From positions 20,770,001-20,834,000 of the forward strand of contig NC_045138.2 in NCBI RefSeq assembly GCF_008831285.2: a stretch of DNA of 64,000 bases, read 5' to 3'. Of the stretch, positions 24,964 to 37,100 are shown in pieces. Numbering within the stretch: position 1 is the stretch's first letter; every line of letters begins with the position of its first letter. The DNA is from Nymphaea colorata (Eukaryota). Both the position numbers and the translations under genes were made by a program. The notes below the pieces were generated by a model. That model saw only the letters and a program-made list of their open reading frames with translations. It made no database searches and was not told the DNA's origin.

Positions 24964-27900
24964 CTAGCAGCTGACTTGCTTGGAGAGATGAACTTGATGC
25001 CAGATGAGCCCCATCAAAGACATCACGTTTAGAACTGATGAACAGCTCTTCAGATTCTTCAGCAGCCTGTTCATCTGTACTAACCGCAATTTTGCAACCT
25101 CCTGCTCCGTATGTACTGATGTAGTGGTGGTGGGGACATTGCCGGCTGTTTTGGTAGCTGAGGTGTTATGCGCAGCAGCGTCAGTGACATTGGTGGCACC
25201 CGCGGAAAGAGTAGGCTCACCCTGATCTACGTTGGACTTATGGCAGCTTCCTTCTTCCTTTTCCAACTTCAGTCTATTATGCATCACCTGTAGAAAACAA
25301 TACAACACTAATTCTCAGCCAAATTAACTTCAGTACCAGTTTCACTTAAAATGGGTTTCTAATCATATTGAGGATTTTGACACGACATCTTGCATTCTGG
25401 AGTTGCCAGAATCAGATACAAAATGTAATGCATGAAGGTAAGGCAAGAAAAGGATACAAGGGTGAAGCAAGAAAAAGGTACAGAATGCTCCTCCATGAAG
25501 CTGAAGCATTTAGAAAATGTAGAAGGAAGCCGAAAGGATAAAAAGATGGAATAATAGAAATAAAAAGATCTCTCAAGCTTAATTTTATGCCATTTAAAGA
25601 AGTACACGTTGGGTATCCAAATAAATAATTTCTTTTGTCAAAAGGAAGAACAGCTCTGTTAATGGGTGCATGTTCAACGTAAATGGCAGTATCATTTCAA
25701 ACAGGAACTAATACCTCATGAAGTTTCAGAAGCACTTAAAAGAAGTGAAAATTTAGATGAAACAGGCATTTTACAAATAATCTTAAGTCTTAAGAAGCTC
25801 AGGACAGGAATACTCTGCACAGATGAACACCAATAGAGCTTACCTTGACAGTTTGTGGTCCCACGCAAACATTTGTAAGCACAAAAACAAGTGAAGCCAG
25901 CAAGTTGTATGCTCCAAGCTTATGAGCTTGGCTTGCAGATACCCATCTACAGATAGCTAGATGAGTGGCCAAACAGATAGCCAGACCACAAGCCATTGTT
26001 CGTAAGTACACTGGGTAAATCTTGCTTTGCACCAACTCAAACTGTTGCCTAGACAAAGTGCTTGACAGGACTTGGCTTGATATGAACGTAACCCAGAAGC
26101 ATGTTCCTGAGACCACTGAGAATGCGAGTGAATGTAATACATTCATCAAGAAGCTCAACATCTCTAAAGTAACAGCATGTGCCACAGCATCATACATAAC
26201 GCCCACACCTTTCCGAATTATCTGGGAAAGGTCTCCCCTTTCGTTATCATCCGCTGCATCCTTTCCATGGCATGTGGCCTCATGAACCATAAGCGCTGCA
26301 AGGTTGTCGCTGGTCCCTGTGATCTCCTTGGAAAGGTCTCCCCTTCTGTCATCATCTGTTGCATCCTTTCCATGGCATGTGGCCTCATGAACCTTCTTCT
26401 CATGAACCATTTGCCCTGCAAGGTTGTCACTGGCCCCTGTGAGCTCCTTAGTCTGTTGAGGTTCCTCCTTTACCTTTTCCTCGACATGACTGTAAGCATT
26501 CCTGGTCTTCATCTGCACATCATGGGCCATCCCTTGTGCTGTCTTTGATACACTGGATCCAATAATTTTTGCCATGTATGCAACGTCATTGAAAGCACTA
26601 GCTTTCACCTGCTTTGCTTTGTCCAAGGCACTCCCTATCACTTCTCTTCCAATCATTTTTGTATCATCAATTATTCTCCTGCTAGCAGCCAGGGAGCGAG
26701 CACACCAATCCTTCTCCTTTGCCTGATGAACCTTGCTCTCTACATAGCTGTAAGCATTCATAGCCTTCTCTTTTACATCATGGGCCATCCCCTGTGCTAT
26801 TCCCAATACACTAGGGTCCATTTTTTCCACAATCTTTGTGATGGCATTCCAATCCTTCTCCTTCGTCTGATGAAGCTTCCTCTCTACATGGTTGTAAGCA
26901 TTCATAGCCTTCTCTTTTAGATCATGAGCCATCTCCTGTGTTATTTCTGATAAACTAGGGCCTGTTCTTTCCACTATGTTGGTAATAGCATCCAGTGTGC
27001 TACCCTTCAACTTCTTGGCTTTGGTCAATGTATTTTCCATCACCATTTCCCCAATTGTCTTTGTATTATCAACCACCTTCTTGCCAACAACTTTGGCTCT
27101 CTCAGCGTACCAATCCTTCTCCTTTGCCTGATGAACCTTGCTCTCTACATAGCTGTAAGCATTCATAGCCTTCTCTTTTACATCATGAGCCATCCCCTGT
27201 GCTATTCCCAATACACTAGGGTCCATTTTTTCCACAATCTTTGTGATGGCATTCCAATCCTTCTCCTTCGTCTGATGAAGCTTCCTCTCTACATGGCTGT
27301 AAGCATTCATAGCCTTCTCTTTTAGATCATGAGCCATCTCCTGTGTTATTTCTGATAAACTAGGGCCTGTTCTTTCCACTATGTTGGTGATAGCATTCCG
27401 TGTGCTACCCTTCAACTTCTTGGCTTTGGTCAATGTATTTTCCATCACCATTTCCCCAACTGTCTTTGTATTATCAACCACCTTCTTGCCAACAACTTTT
27501 GCTCTCTCAGCAAGGTTTTCACTTCCTTGCACCACCTGTCCTGCAGCCATTTTTATCAACAGTTCTGCATCTACTGTCCTGCAAGAAAGCTTAGCATGGA
27601 CATCTTTGACCACCTTTTTTGCAGACTCAAGCATACCCAAGGACTTCTCTTTCCAAGCACCGTAAGCATCAGATGCTTTTGTGTCTACTGTAGGCTCTTT
27701 GAACTTCTTTTTCACTTTTCCCTTGAAGCATTCAGCAGTTTTTCTGTCTGCACTTATGGTGTCACCAATGTCTTGTTGAACCAAGCCAGTTGTTTCTGAA
27801 ATACACATGCAACATGTTAGAAATAGAAATTGGAAAGAATACTTCCATGTTCATTTGTTTTTCCTCTGTGCAAGCACATACTTTAAATGTGCATGTCCTT

Positions 27901-29281
27901 GCCCTTCCTGCATTTTCTTCACCTTGAGGCAGACCGAATGAGCATAACACTAATTACTGCGACCACTGCTCCTTTCTCTTTCAAGTCACCACAACATCTG
28001 CAGTACCGCAGATTACTGCTGCTAGGGTAATCTGTGGACTACAACTTGTAGGACGCACATGATTTACATCATGGTTGAAGATTTTGAGGTGTTTTGACTT
28101 GCATTGCATGCAATCTTGTAATAAATTTGAAGTCCAAAAGGCATCACTTACAGCTTTGAAACAACATGTTTAAGTTATAAATATTTAGAGCTTTGGTTGC
28201 AGAGTTGACTCGCTGCTACTGATTTTTTTCTCGGCTAGCAATGCAGCAATCAATTTCTCAATGCAAATTATCAAACTTACAAAATGATCAAATCCTCTAT
28301 CATTCAGAGGAAAATATCACGCACTGGATGACGTAGACCCATCCAAAAGCATCATCTTCAGCAAACATGTCTTCTTGATGTCAATACATAGGTTCAAATC
28401 AAACATCCTGAAACCTACATGGAGAACTTAATAGGAGAAAAAAATGTAAGAGATCCACAGAAGATGACCTAGCGTCCATTTATTCTTCAAGTTGGTCCTC
28501 TACGTGGGAAGAAATAATAAAATAATGAAAAATACCACCGACAATTGAATTCGAGCTTGGCGCTTCTTCTGCACGTGAAAGAGTCAACCATGAGGTTTAA
28601 CCTATTAAAGTAACTTATCCTGTTACTGCTTTTCAACAATTAAACTAGTTTACTGGTAAGAGAATGGTCTTTCTGTGCTAGCTGAATGCAAGAGAGATGC
28701 AAGACTGGTTCATCTAAAATCGTGGGGTCTATGAGGGCGAAAGAGAAGCAACTGGCCACTGCTTTACCACCAGGTAGCACAAAGTTTCAAGGCTGGAGAA
28801 TCGAGGCCATCCACTTTGTGTCGTCTATGTTTATACGCTATCACTTAGATTGTTTTGCAGCATAAGGTGATTGAATAAGCAGCATTTGAGGCTTTCTGTA
28901 ACAAGCCCACCAAGTTTTTGTTCTGTTTTAGAATTCACAAGCGTAAATCAATATCAAGCTACAACCGACCATATCGGAAGAGAAACAAAGTAGTTTCGTC
29001 CTCAACGTGCAATAGAGAGGAAGGAAAAGCTAACAGTGTAACACCACTTTACCAAAATTAACATATAAGAAGCAAATAGTAAAGACATGGAGGTGGAAGA
29101 AGAGTGAGATGGTACCCCGGGAAACACCATTGGAAGGCTGTTGTCGTTGTGTGGGGCGGACACCTTCCCTGTGGCACTCGGCAACGACGGCCCGCTCACC
29201 ATCTGTGACGACGGCTGCCGTCTCCCCCTCTGCTGCGGCTGCTGCAGCTAGGCACCAAACCAGCATCAGCACATTCATCAT
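24964..29281 (-). CDS. LEA-domain-like protein with N-terminal signal peptide, long helical repeat region and C-terminal DUF4149/TMEM205-type transmembrane domain (resembles Arabidopsis At1g72100)
   Basis: Exons 29281-29164 (MMNVLMLVWCLAAAAAAEGETAAVVTDGERAVVAECHRE; alternative in-frame ATG at 29293), 27795-25844 and 25287-24964 give 2394 nt / 797 aa with matching phases. C-terminal motifs HSLAFSVVSGTCFWVTFISSQVLSSTLSRQQFELVQSKIYPVYLR, RLKLEKEEG and SSVLNVMSLMGLIWHQVHL are typical of this family. K/E/A-rich amphipathic repeats (KEKAMNAY) fill the middle. Confidence 0.85.
26225..26450 (-). repeat. Imperfect 105-120 bp coding tandem repeat (KE.TG.SDNLA..MVHEATCHGKDA.DD..RGDLS x2)
   Basis: Visible in the 669-aa ORF, and as repeated GGAAAGGTCTCCCCTT and TGCATCCTTTCCATGGCATGTGGCCTCATGAACC in the DNA. 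Confidence 0.9.
26704..27513 (-). repeat. 405-bp (135-codon) in-frame tandem duplication inside the LEA-like CDS
   Basis: Units 26704-27108 and 27109-27513; the translated copies differ at about 4 residues (V/I, R/L, N/D, S/N) plus the junction. Confidence 0.97.
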
Positions 29282-29428
29282 CCTCACCGTCATCTCTCTC
29301 TCTCTCGCTTCTGGGTCTCCCTGTCAGACGGTGGACGAGGCATAACGTCAGCCTCCCGGGAGGCGGCGGCGGCAGGGCGAGGCTGTAGCGGAGATCGCTT
29401 GTCCCCGAAGCTTTGTACGTAGTCTCAC

Positions 29429-29436
29429 CACGTGTC
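29429..29436. promoter_or_regulatory. ABRE/G-box (CACGTGTC) in the LEA-like gene promoter
   Basis: Canonical ABRE core ACGTGTC about 150 bp upstream of the ATG, next to a GC-rich segment; fits the ABA/seed regulation typical of LEA genes. Confidence 0.5.
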
Positions 29437-32400
29437 CTTGTAAGGAACAGTCTGGATTTTGGTTGAATCCAGTTTCATTCAAATTGGTTCATCCAGAACT
29501 ACATGGATTTGAATTAGCACTCGAATTTGGATTTCATACTTGACACTGAATTGAGATCTAACTATCATAAGAATTTGCGTGTAACCACTAACCAAGTCAG
29601 ACTTTGTCCAATGTGAGTCAGGTATCAAACTCAAATTAAAATTTCGACATCTGAATCTTATTAGTAATTGATTCTACGAGATCGAACTAAACAAATTTAG
29701 AATCGGATCTACAACATATCTGATTTAGTTGCATCCCGATCCCGATCTGTCGTAGAGTTACAGAATCAAGTCGGACGTGGTCATTATAACTGAATCCATT
29801 TAAATTGAGTGCTTGGACGTGGACGTGGACGTGGATTTGGATTTAAAAGAGAAGATTCATTGCTCACCAAATTTGGTTCGCGTCTGTCTCGCATCTCTTG
29901 AATGCATGCACAAAGAAACATGACAATATTTTCGAGCTGGCCGCATTAGCTCTGTCATTAGCGATAATTATGAATATTAATTATGAGTCTTATGACCAAT
30001 CCAATCCAACATTAATCTTTTAAATTCAAATTGCTATCACCAATTTTATTTTGTTCTAAATTACATTAGATGACCGCTGCCATGTACATAATTTCATTCG
30101 CTTTCTTAAAATGTTGCTTTTCATGTCGCTGTTAGCAAATTATTTGACTTGCTGTAGTTATCGTAATTCTTTATAAGGCGCCTGAAGCCTACAGGTGTTC
30201 TTAATTAATTGCTGTAGCTGCACAAATTGGCGTGAGAAATGACACCAGAAATGAAAGTTGAAAAGACTAAGAAGATGTTGACGAGAAAAAAGTATAAAGC
30301 ATAAATGGATGGAGCAAACACGAAAATCAGCGTTAAGAAAATTTATGTAAATTAAATATTAACTTGTAATGCTACACACAAATTTATACTCGTACCAAAA
30401 AGCCGAGCAGGTTATATGTTATGGCCCCTAACAATGAGTCATATATTTTAGCCTACACATAACCAAAATGCTTTCATTGGTTAAATAGAACACCATCTCC
30501 CCATAAGTGCAAAAGTAGAATAAAAAAAAAAAACCTACAAAATTATCAAAATGCCCTTCTAGTAAAAGATGGAAAAAATACCATACCATATTACCTATAT
30601 AACATGTAAAGCGCCCTCATAGTAAAAGCATGAGAAACATTTTGCAAGTCTATACTGAGAAAAATGAGAAAATTATTAGCCTCAGAGTAGTGAGCTACAA
30701 AAATCTTTCAACTCAAGGGCATTTTTTTATCCAACCAAAAAAAAAAAAAACTACAATTGAAGAGAAAATTGACCATAGTTTCTAGACAAGGCATGAAACC
30801 TCGAAACCAAAGAACTGAACTTTTCAAATATTTTATTGAAATGGTGTCTGCAAAATTCTAGATACAAGTTTTAAGGGAACAACAATGCCTGTCTTTTGGT
30901 ATGTAAACTCGATAGCACGGGCATACCAAAAGACAAAAACTGTATATAGTTGCTGGTTTGGTGCTTTATTCAAAAACTATGCTGCAATCCTGATGACTCA
31001 GTGGAGTCTAAGGATAACAGATTAAATTGGAATCAGGTACATTAAATTCGAATCAGGTACACATTTACCATATATAACTGATTAAATGTTCACATATTCG
31101 GATTCAAATTCAAATGAACAAAAGTCCATATACTATATCTGAATCTGATCCAAATCTAATTTTTCAATGGATAACCGATGCTGAATTCAACTTTTAGATT
31201 CTCAATTGAATTGAACTTCATTATGATATGTTAATAACTGACTTTCAAAATGTAGAGATATTGGCACACAGCTCTACCTTCATTGCAATGGGATTTTTGA
31301 AGGGCGGGTGTCAGGCACCGACCCATACCAACATTATAGCTCTATAATGCTTATTAGTCAAAGTTAACCCACAATTCAAAAAAAAAAAAAAAGAACTTTA
31401 TGAATTTAGCAATAAGAAATTGTGGAGTTTTTCCTTTTATACATATCAGTTGTTAATTTAACTTGGCAAGTGCCTTTTGTTAGTTTTTAACTTTGGAAAA
31501 TTGCACCTAGGGTTAAAGGCTTTGTCATTTGCCTAGCATCACAAAACTTTGAGGCTAGTATCCCTTGACCCCAAGGGGTTATAGTGCACAGGGTAGCATG
31601 GCAGTTCACTTTATTAAGGGACTTACGTTTAAATCTTGCAGTGGTCACCCTCACGTTCAAGTGCGCTTCTCATCTGAATTGTAATGAATCTCGAAGCAAG
31701 CTTTGCAAACCCTATGAGTTATGGGCATAGGAGCGACCCCTTCTCATGACTGTAATGAGTCCAAGCAAGTTGTATGGATCCTCGGGGTGATGGGCATAGT
31801 GGAAAAAGTGGCATCTCTTAGGAGGGTGGAATGAACCACACCCTTAATTAAAGAAGGACCTCGGCCTCATAGCTGCTTTGGCAGAAGAACTAAACTAACA
31901 AGGGGCCGCATGCCAGCCATTGTCACAATTAGTTATGTGGAACTTCGTAGGGCTCATTTGATAATGGAAACAACCTGTTATTCTTGTTTCATTGAACATG
32001 CTTCAAAGATTTGGATAGATTCATGAAATACTCTGTTACAGTATTCAATGGATTTATTTACGGTGGAATTATGAAGCAGTAATAGATATCTGAGGCTTCA
32101 GATTTATAACTTTTATCTCAGACCACATCTTCGCATCCTTCCTTTTACCAAGATTAACAAGCAACAAAATTATAGGGATGCATGGCCCCCATCTATCATT
32201 GCTAAAAAGCTTATTACTACAACAAATCACCTCAGCCATATTCTGTGAGAATTTGACACTAGGAAGAAGGTGCATGATTGATCTGGGTCTCGCAGAGCCA
32301 AGTCCGTGCTTGCCCACACAGACCCACATAATCTATTTTATTTGTACATTAGTTACTTTACATAATTTAGTTTACTACATACTGGTGTCCTTCAAATGTA

Positions 32401-32874
32401 AGATTTCTTATATTAGTATCTTCAGCCATAAATGTCTGGGCAAAAAAAGTTAAGTAACATAGATATGGTTGGATGGCTGCCAGACCCATGTTGACATGCC
32501 AACAGGCCGACACGGGTACAGCGACATACTTGGACACAATCATAAATTTTGCATATTTCTTTTGTAGAATTTTACATATTTCTTTGTGGTGTCCATTCTT
32601 TTAGAATTTTGGCAATTTCTTTTGTAGAATTTTGTACAACACACACACACACACACTATATATATATATATATTGAGTGAATGATGAATCTGTCATCCAT
32701 GGTCAGTCAGCCATCTAATGAGCAACATCTATGTGAAGCAGATGGATGATTTGGAAAAAAAATGAGAAAATGGTGTGAGCTAATGTTAGATTACTAAGAT
32801 ACACATCACTTTTTCTTCATTGTTTTTCTCTTAACTGTCTACTGTTTTGATTAGATGTTGTTTAACTCTTAAAA

Positions 32875-32876
<2 letters not shown>

Positions 32877-32918
<42 letters not shown>
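32877..32918. repeat. (TA)n microsatellite
   Basis: Direct reading. Confidence 0.95.
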
Positions 32919-32919
<1 letters not shown>

Positions 32920-33658
32920 CCCACCATTTTTTAAATGACTGTGTCAATAGCAATATCCTTGTGACTTAGCTATGGAGACATCATTATAGGGAACAGAACG
33001 GTACCTCCTGCACCAATCAAGGCACCCACAACGGCAAAAGTCATATGCACACCTCGCCCCACTTGCAAAATCATCCACAACTGCTGCATTATTTCTTACG
33101 CGCACACAACCACCCATCATGTTCATTTATTCAAACTTTTATTTCTGCTTGACTATATATGGGAGCTCATCCCTATGTACAGATTGTCAAATGGTCTGCC
33201 AAGTTTATAATTTCACCTTTAAAAAATCTTTTAGTCAAAAAGTACAAAACAGGAACCTTGAATTAGTAGTTGAAAACTTTAATATCATAACATGGAAGAT
33301 TTATTAGATCTTGGCACCATTTTTCCTATCTCTTGGTGAAGTGGTTGAATAGTTGGCGTCAACACTGTCATCTCAACCAGGTCTCGATCGCCTGTATATA
33401 TATATATATATATATATTTTATTTTGGAACTGATTTTCAAGTATCAGCCACCTTATAAGAGTAAGAGAAAGATGAGGCTATGAAAAAATCAATATCAAAT
33501 TTACGAAACCGGCAAAGGCTCTCTCTCTCTTGGTAAAGCTCTCTCTCTAACAAGTGATGGGTACCGCAACCGGTTGGGTTGGGTTGGGTTGGGTTAGATG
33601 ATGTGGTGTAGTCACTTCATGTTGTCATTATGGAGGTTAAGTGGACCCGTTATTGTCA

Positions 33659-33773
<115 letters not shown>

Positions 33774-33776
33774 CTT

Positions 33777-34174
33777 TATAACAACTCGACCCACTCCGGG
33801 GCTCAAGCCCCTGGTTCGGCCGATTTGAATCCGGCCCCTAACAGTTTTTATTCCAACCTCAAAAAGGCTAAAAAACCAGGATAATTATCTCATTAATGAC
33901 CTCTATTTATAAGCTCTTGAAGATCACTCATAATCTTCAATACAGAACTAAATTAACACCCCTTAAGGCACACGCGTCCGCGCGTGTAGGACCCTAGGTC
34001 CGAGTATTGAAACTGCTTTGATACCACTATAACAACCCGACCTACTCTTGGGCTCAGGCCCCCAGTTCGGCGGATCCTAACTCCGAATAATCATCTCATT
34101 AATGACCTCCATTTATAAGCCATTGAAGATCCCTCACAATCTTCAATACGGAACAAAATTTTTGGGGTGTTACA
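33777..34174 (-). mobile_element. TRIM mini LTR retrotransposon, second copy
   Basis: Minus strand: 5' LTR 34174-34028 (TGTAACACCCC...GTTGTTATA), PBS TGGTATCAAAGC (34026-34015, tRNA-iMet type), an internal region of roughly 70 bp with a hairpin, AAGGGG, then a 3' LTR with a small 5' deletion. 5-bp TSD AAGCA/AAGCG has one mismatch. Confidence 0.85.
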
Positions 34175-37100
34175 TGCTTTGTTAGACTTGTGACAAAAAA
34201 TAATAAGTTATCATGGTAATGTTGGTAGCAATAGAAAACATTCATATAATTGAGTTTGCTCAATCAGCGGGTGAATCATGGGGAGCCATGAATGGGATCC
34301 TATGTATATCAAGCATATGACTATAAACAGAAAAGACCTTTCACTCAGCAACCCTGAATCAATGGGACGAGTGGAATTCTAATTTTAAGAAAGAGGCCGT
34401 TTGATTTGTCATGTCGGGTTTGGTGAGCACAATATCTCCTCTGCATCATTTACTCAAGTTTGTATATCATCTTATAAATGGAAACGATGCAACATGCAAT
34501 GCATTTAAATGTGTGCTTGCCCGCGTGCACATAAAACACAGTTGGGTAGGAGCAACGGTAAATTCATTTTAACGGGCAAAAATGCAAAAATGAGAATTTA
34601 ATGGTCATAATTTGCCCACTTGCCCATGTCTCTTTCGAGTCACAATCACTTTAAAATTGTCTATTAAGAGTAGAGGTATCTTCTTGAGGGGCCGGTGCAA
34701 GCGCAGTTGATGGGGCGGGGCTGATAGGTGGCCAGCCTTTATTTCAAATTCCTGGGACATCAACTCTCTATATTGTAAAAATAAGGCTATTGACGCACAA
34801 GTTGAAGCATAATAGAGACAACATCCTAAAGCTCCGAAAGCATACTTTGTATTTTAAGGAGATGAGAGGTTGGATTGGGGTTTGAGCTGTCAACGAGGCA
34901 GTGAGACTCCTCCACTCAGCTGGTAACATTGATATCTACGATTAAAATTTTGTTCCCAAGTATGTTCCTAACTTCTGATTCTTTCCTTTGTCCATTCCAT
35001 CTTCTTTCAGGATCTATAAAAAAAAAATGAAAAAAAAAACTAATATGATCGAACATTAATAATTGCAATCAACATTTGGGTTTCCTGGGAACTTTAATGA
35101 TTGATTAACTTGACTTTATATTTTTGTAAGGAAATCCTAAACTTGATCAACACAAAACAAAAGGGATATACGAAAATAACTGACATCATATATGATTGAC
35201 CAAAAACTCTTGGGCAATGTCTTTGTAATGGCTCTGAATCATTATAGAACAACACTAACATAAAACATTACTTTTGGTTGAAAGTCAAAACTGCCTGTTA
35301 ATGGTCTAATTAGGATGGATCGACTAAAATCATGTTGTAATTGGCTCAATCGGCCTGAGTGGCTTGTTGACGACACATGTTTAATTCGATTCCCATGGGT
35401 GCTACTTTTGTAGACTGTAAATGGTGGTATGTATGACACTTAGTTGAAAGGTAACTGTACGACTACCTAGATTTTGAAGCAGTCTTAGACCCCGAGAGCA
35501 GCGGGAAGGATTTGAAGGGGGGTGCCACTCGGGCAATAGAATTTTTCATGTACCCAAAATTCATGTTGTAATTGAACCTCGTTCTCTTCTTCAAAGTTGC
35601 CTTGAATGCCAATTGATTTCTTAAACTGTTATATATAGTGAAATCTACTCGTTTGCTCTTGTTGTACTCTTCCTACGTTCCAGTTACATTATCTTACATT
35701 TTCATGGTTCTTCATAATCAAATCTATTCCCCAAGGGCCAACACGCATGGTTCTCGATAATCATCTCTAATCTTTCCACTTCTCCATCTTGTAGTCGCAC
35801 TCTGATGGCATAAAATCCCCAGGCTAGTACTCTCTGTCTGAGGTCTAATTTAGGTTTTAGCTTGAGCAAGGAGTGGCTCTCATGACTAAGCAAATTCTTT
35901 ACAAGACAGCCCAAGCCCCACCAACCTTGCCGAAACATTAGCTCGGATAAGCCCAGTCAAATCAATTAATTATATATACGACATCTCTCAAGACATTAAG
36001 AATGATAATGAAGGACTATTCTGCAAGAAACATCATCATATATATGTTGTCGCCCACAAGGTCTTACAAGAAATGATTAGAAAACTAAGCACCACCTAAC
36101 ATAATAAGAATTGGATACTTCTTCCAGCCTACCAATGTCTCAAAAGTGTGGTTATAATCATGTGAGTTTTGACAGATCATTTCTGATCTTTAAAGTCTCC
36201 ATCAGCTGTATTAGAATCTGGAATCTTTGCTTTATTGGTGATGTTGGACATTCATCTTACTTGTCATGATTTCTTATCCCCCAACACTTATCTCTCTTTT
36301 CCTTTTGCAGTGGAGAGACATATTCCCACTTTGTGAGACCCATAGCTCTTGCTCATACTAAATAAAATTCCCATCTCATAGAATATGACAGATAGGCAAG
36401 AGAGTGGACTCCTAACCTTGCATGAGCACTGTCTAGTCTAATGCTAAAGTTTGTTAGTGCAAAAATATTTAATCATGTTTAGCCCTCAATTAATTCAAGA
36501 GAGAGAGAGAGAGAGAGAGAGAAGAGGACAAGAATCGGTCTAACTGGCCTCTACAATAGTACACTTAATCTCAAGATCAACACTTTCGAATACCATCAAG
36601 ATAGCAACCTCCATTGGACTTGAACTGAGAATGTGGTTACTACACACCACCTAACCCGACCGATTGCAATACCCATCATTTGGTAGAGAGAGAGAGAGAG
36701 AGGTCATTTGGTAGAGGGAGAGAGAGAGAGAAAGAGAGAGAGTAATGAGTTTGGTTGGACTTTGGTTCGTGAATCCATGAGTTAGTTGTATTTTTACGTG
36801 CATTAACATATAAAAAAAATACCTCCAACATATGAATTTCAAAAAACTTTCTTTTTCCTCTAAAATCACTTGCCCAACCACACAAACCTAATGGACTCAA
36901 ATAGACTTTTTCCATGCATCAGTAAATAAGTCCTTGGCATGAACCCATTTTAATCCAACTTTGAACAGTTCTTGCAGACTCTTGGATTACATGAGCATGA
37001 AGTTGGGCTTGTGTTGGACAGGTTTTGAGTTAACCCGGTCTATTCACCACAATGGGTTTGGTGTAGCAGCGAGCGGCTGGTAATTGCTGGTTCAATTTTC

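Noticed and set aside
33573..33597. Telomere-like (GGGTT)n run
   Set aside because: A short pentamer repeat, not TTTAGGG or TTAGGG; an ordinary simple repeat.
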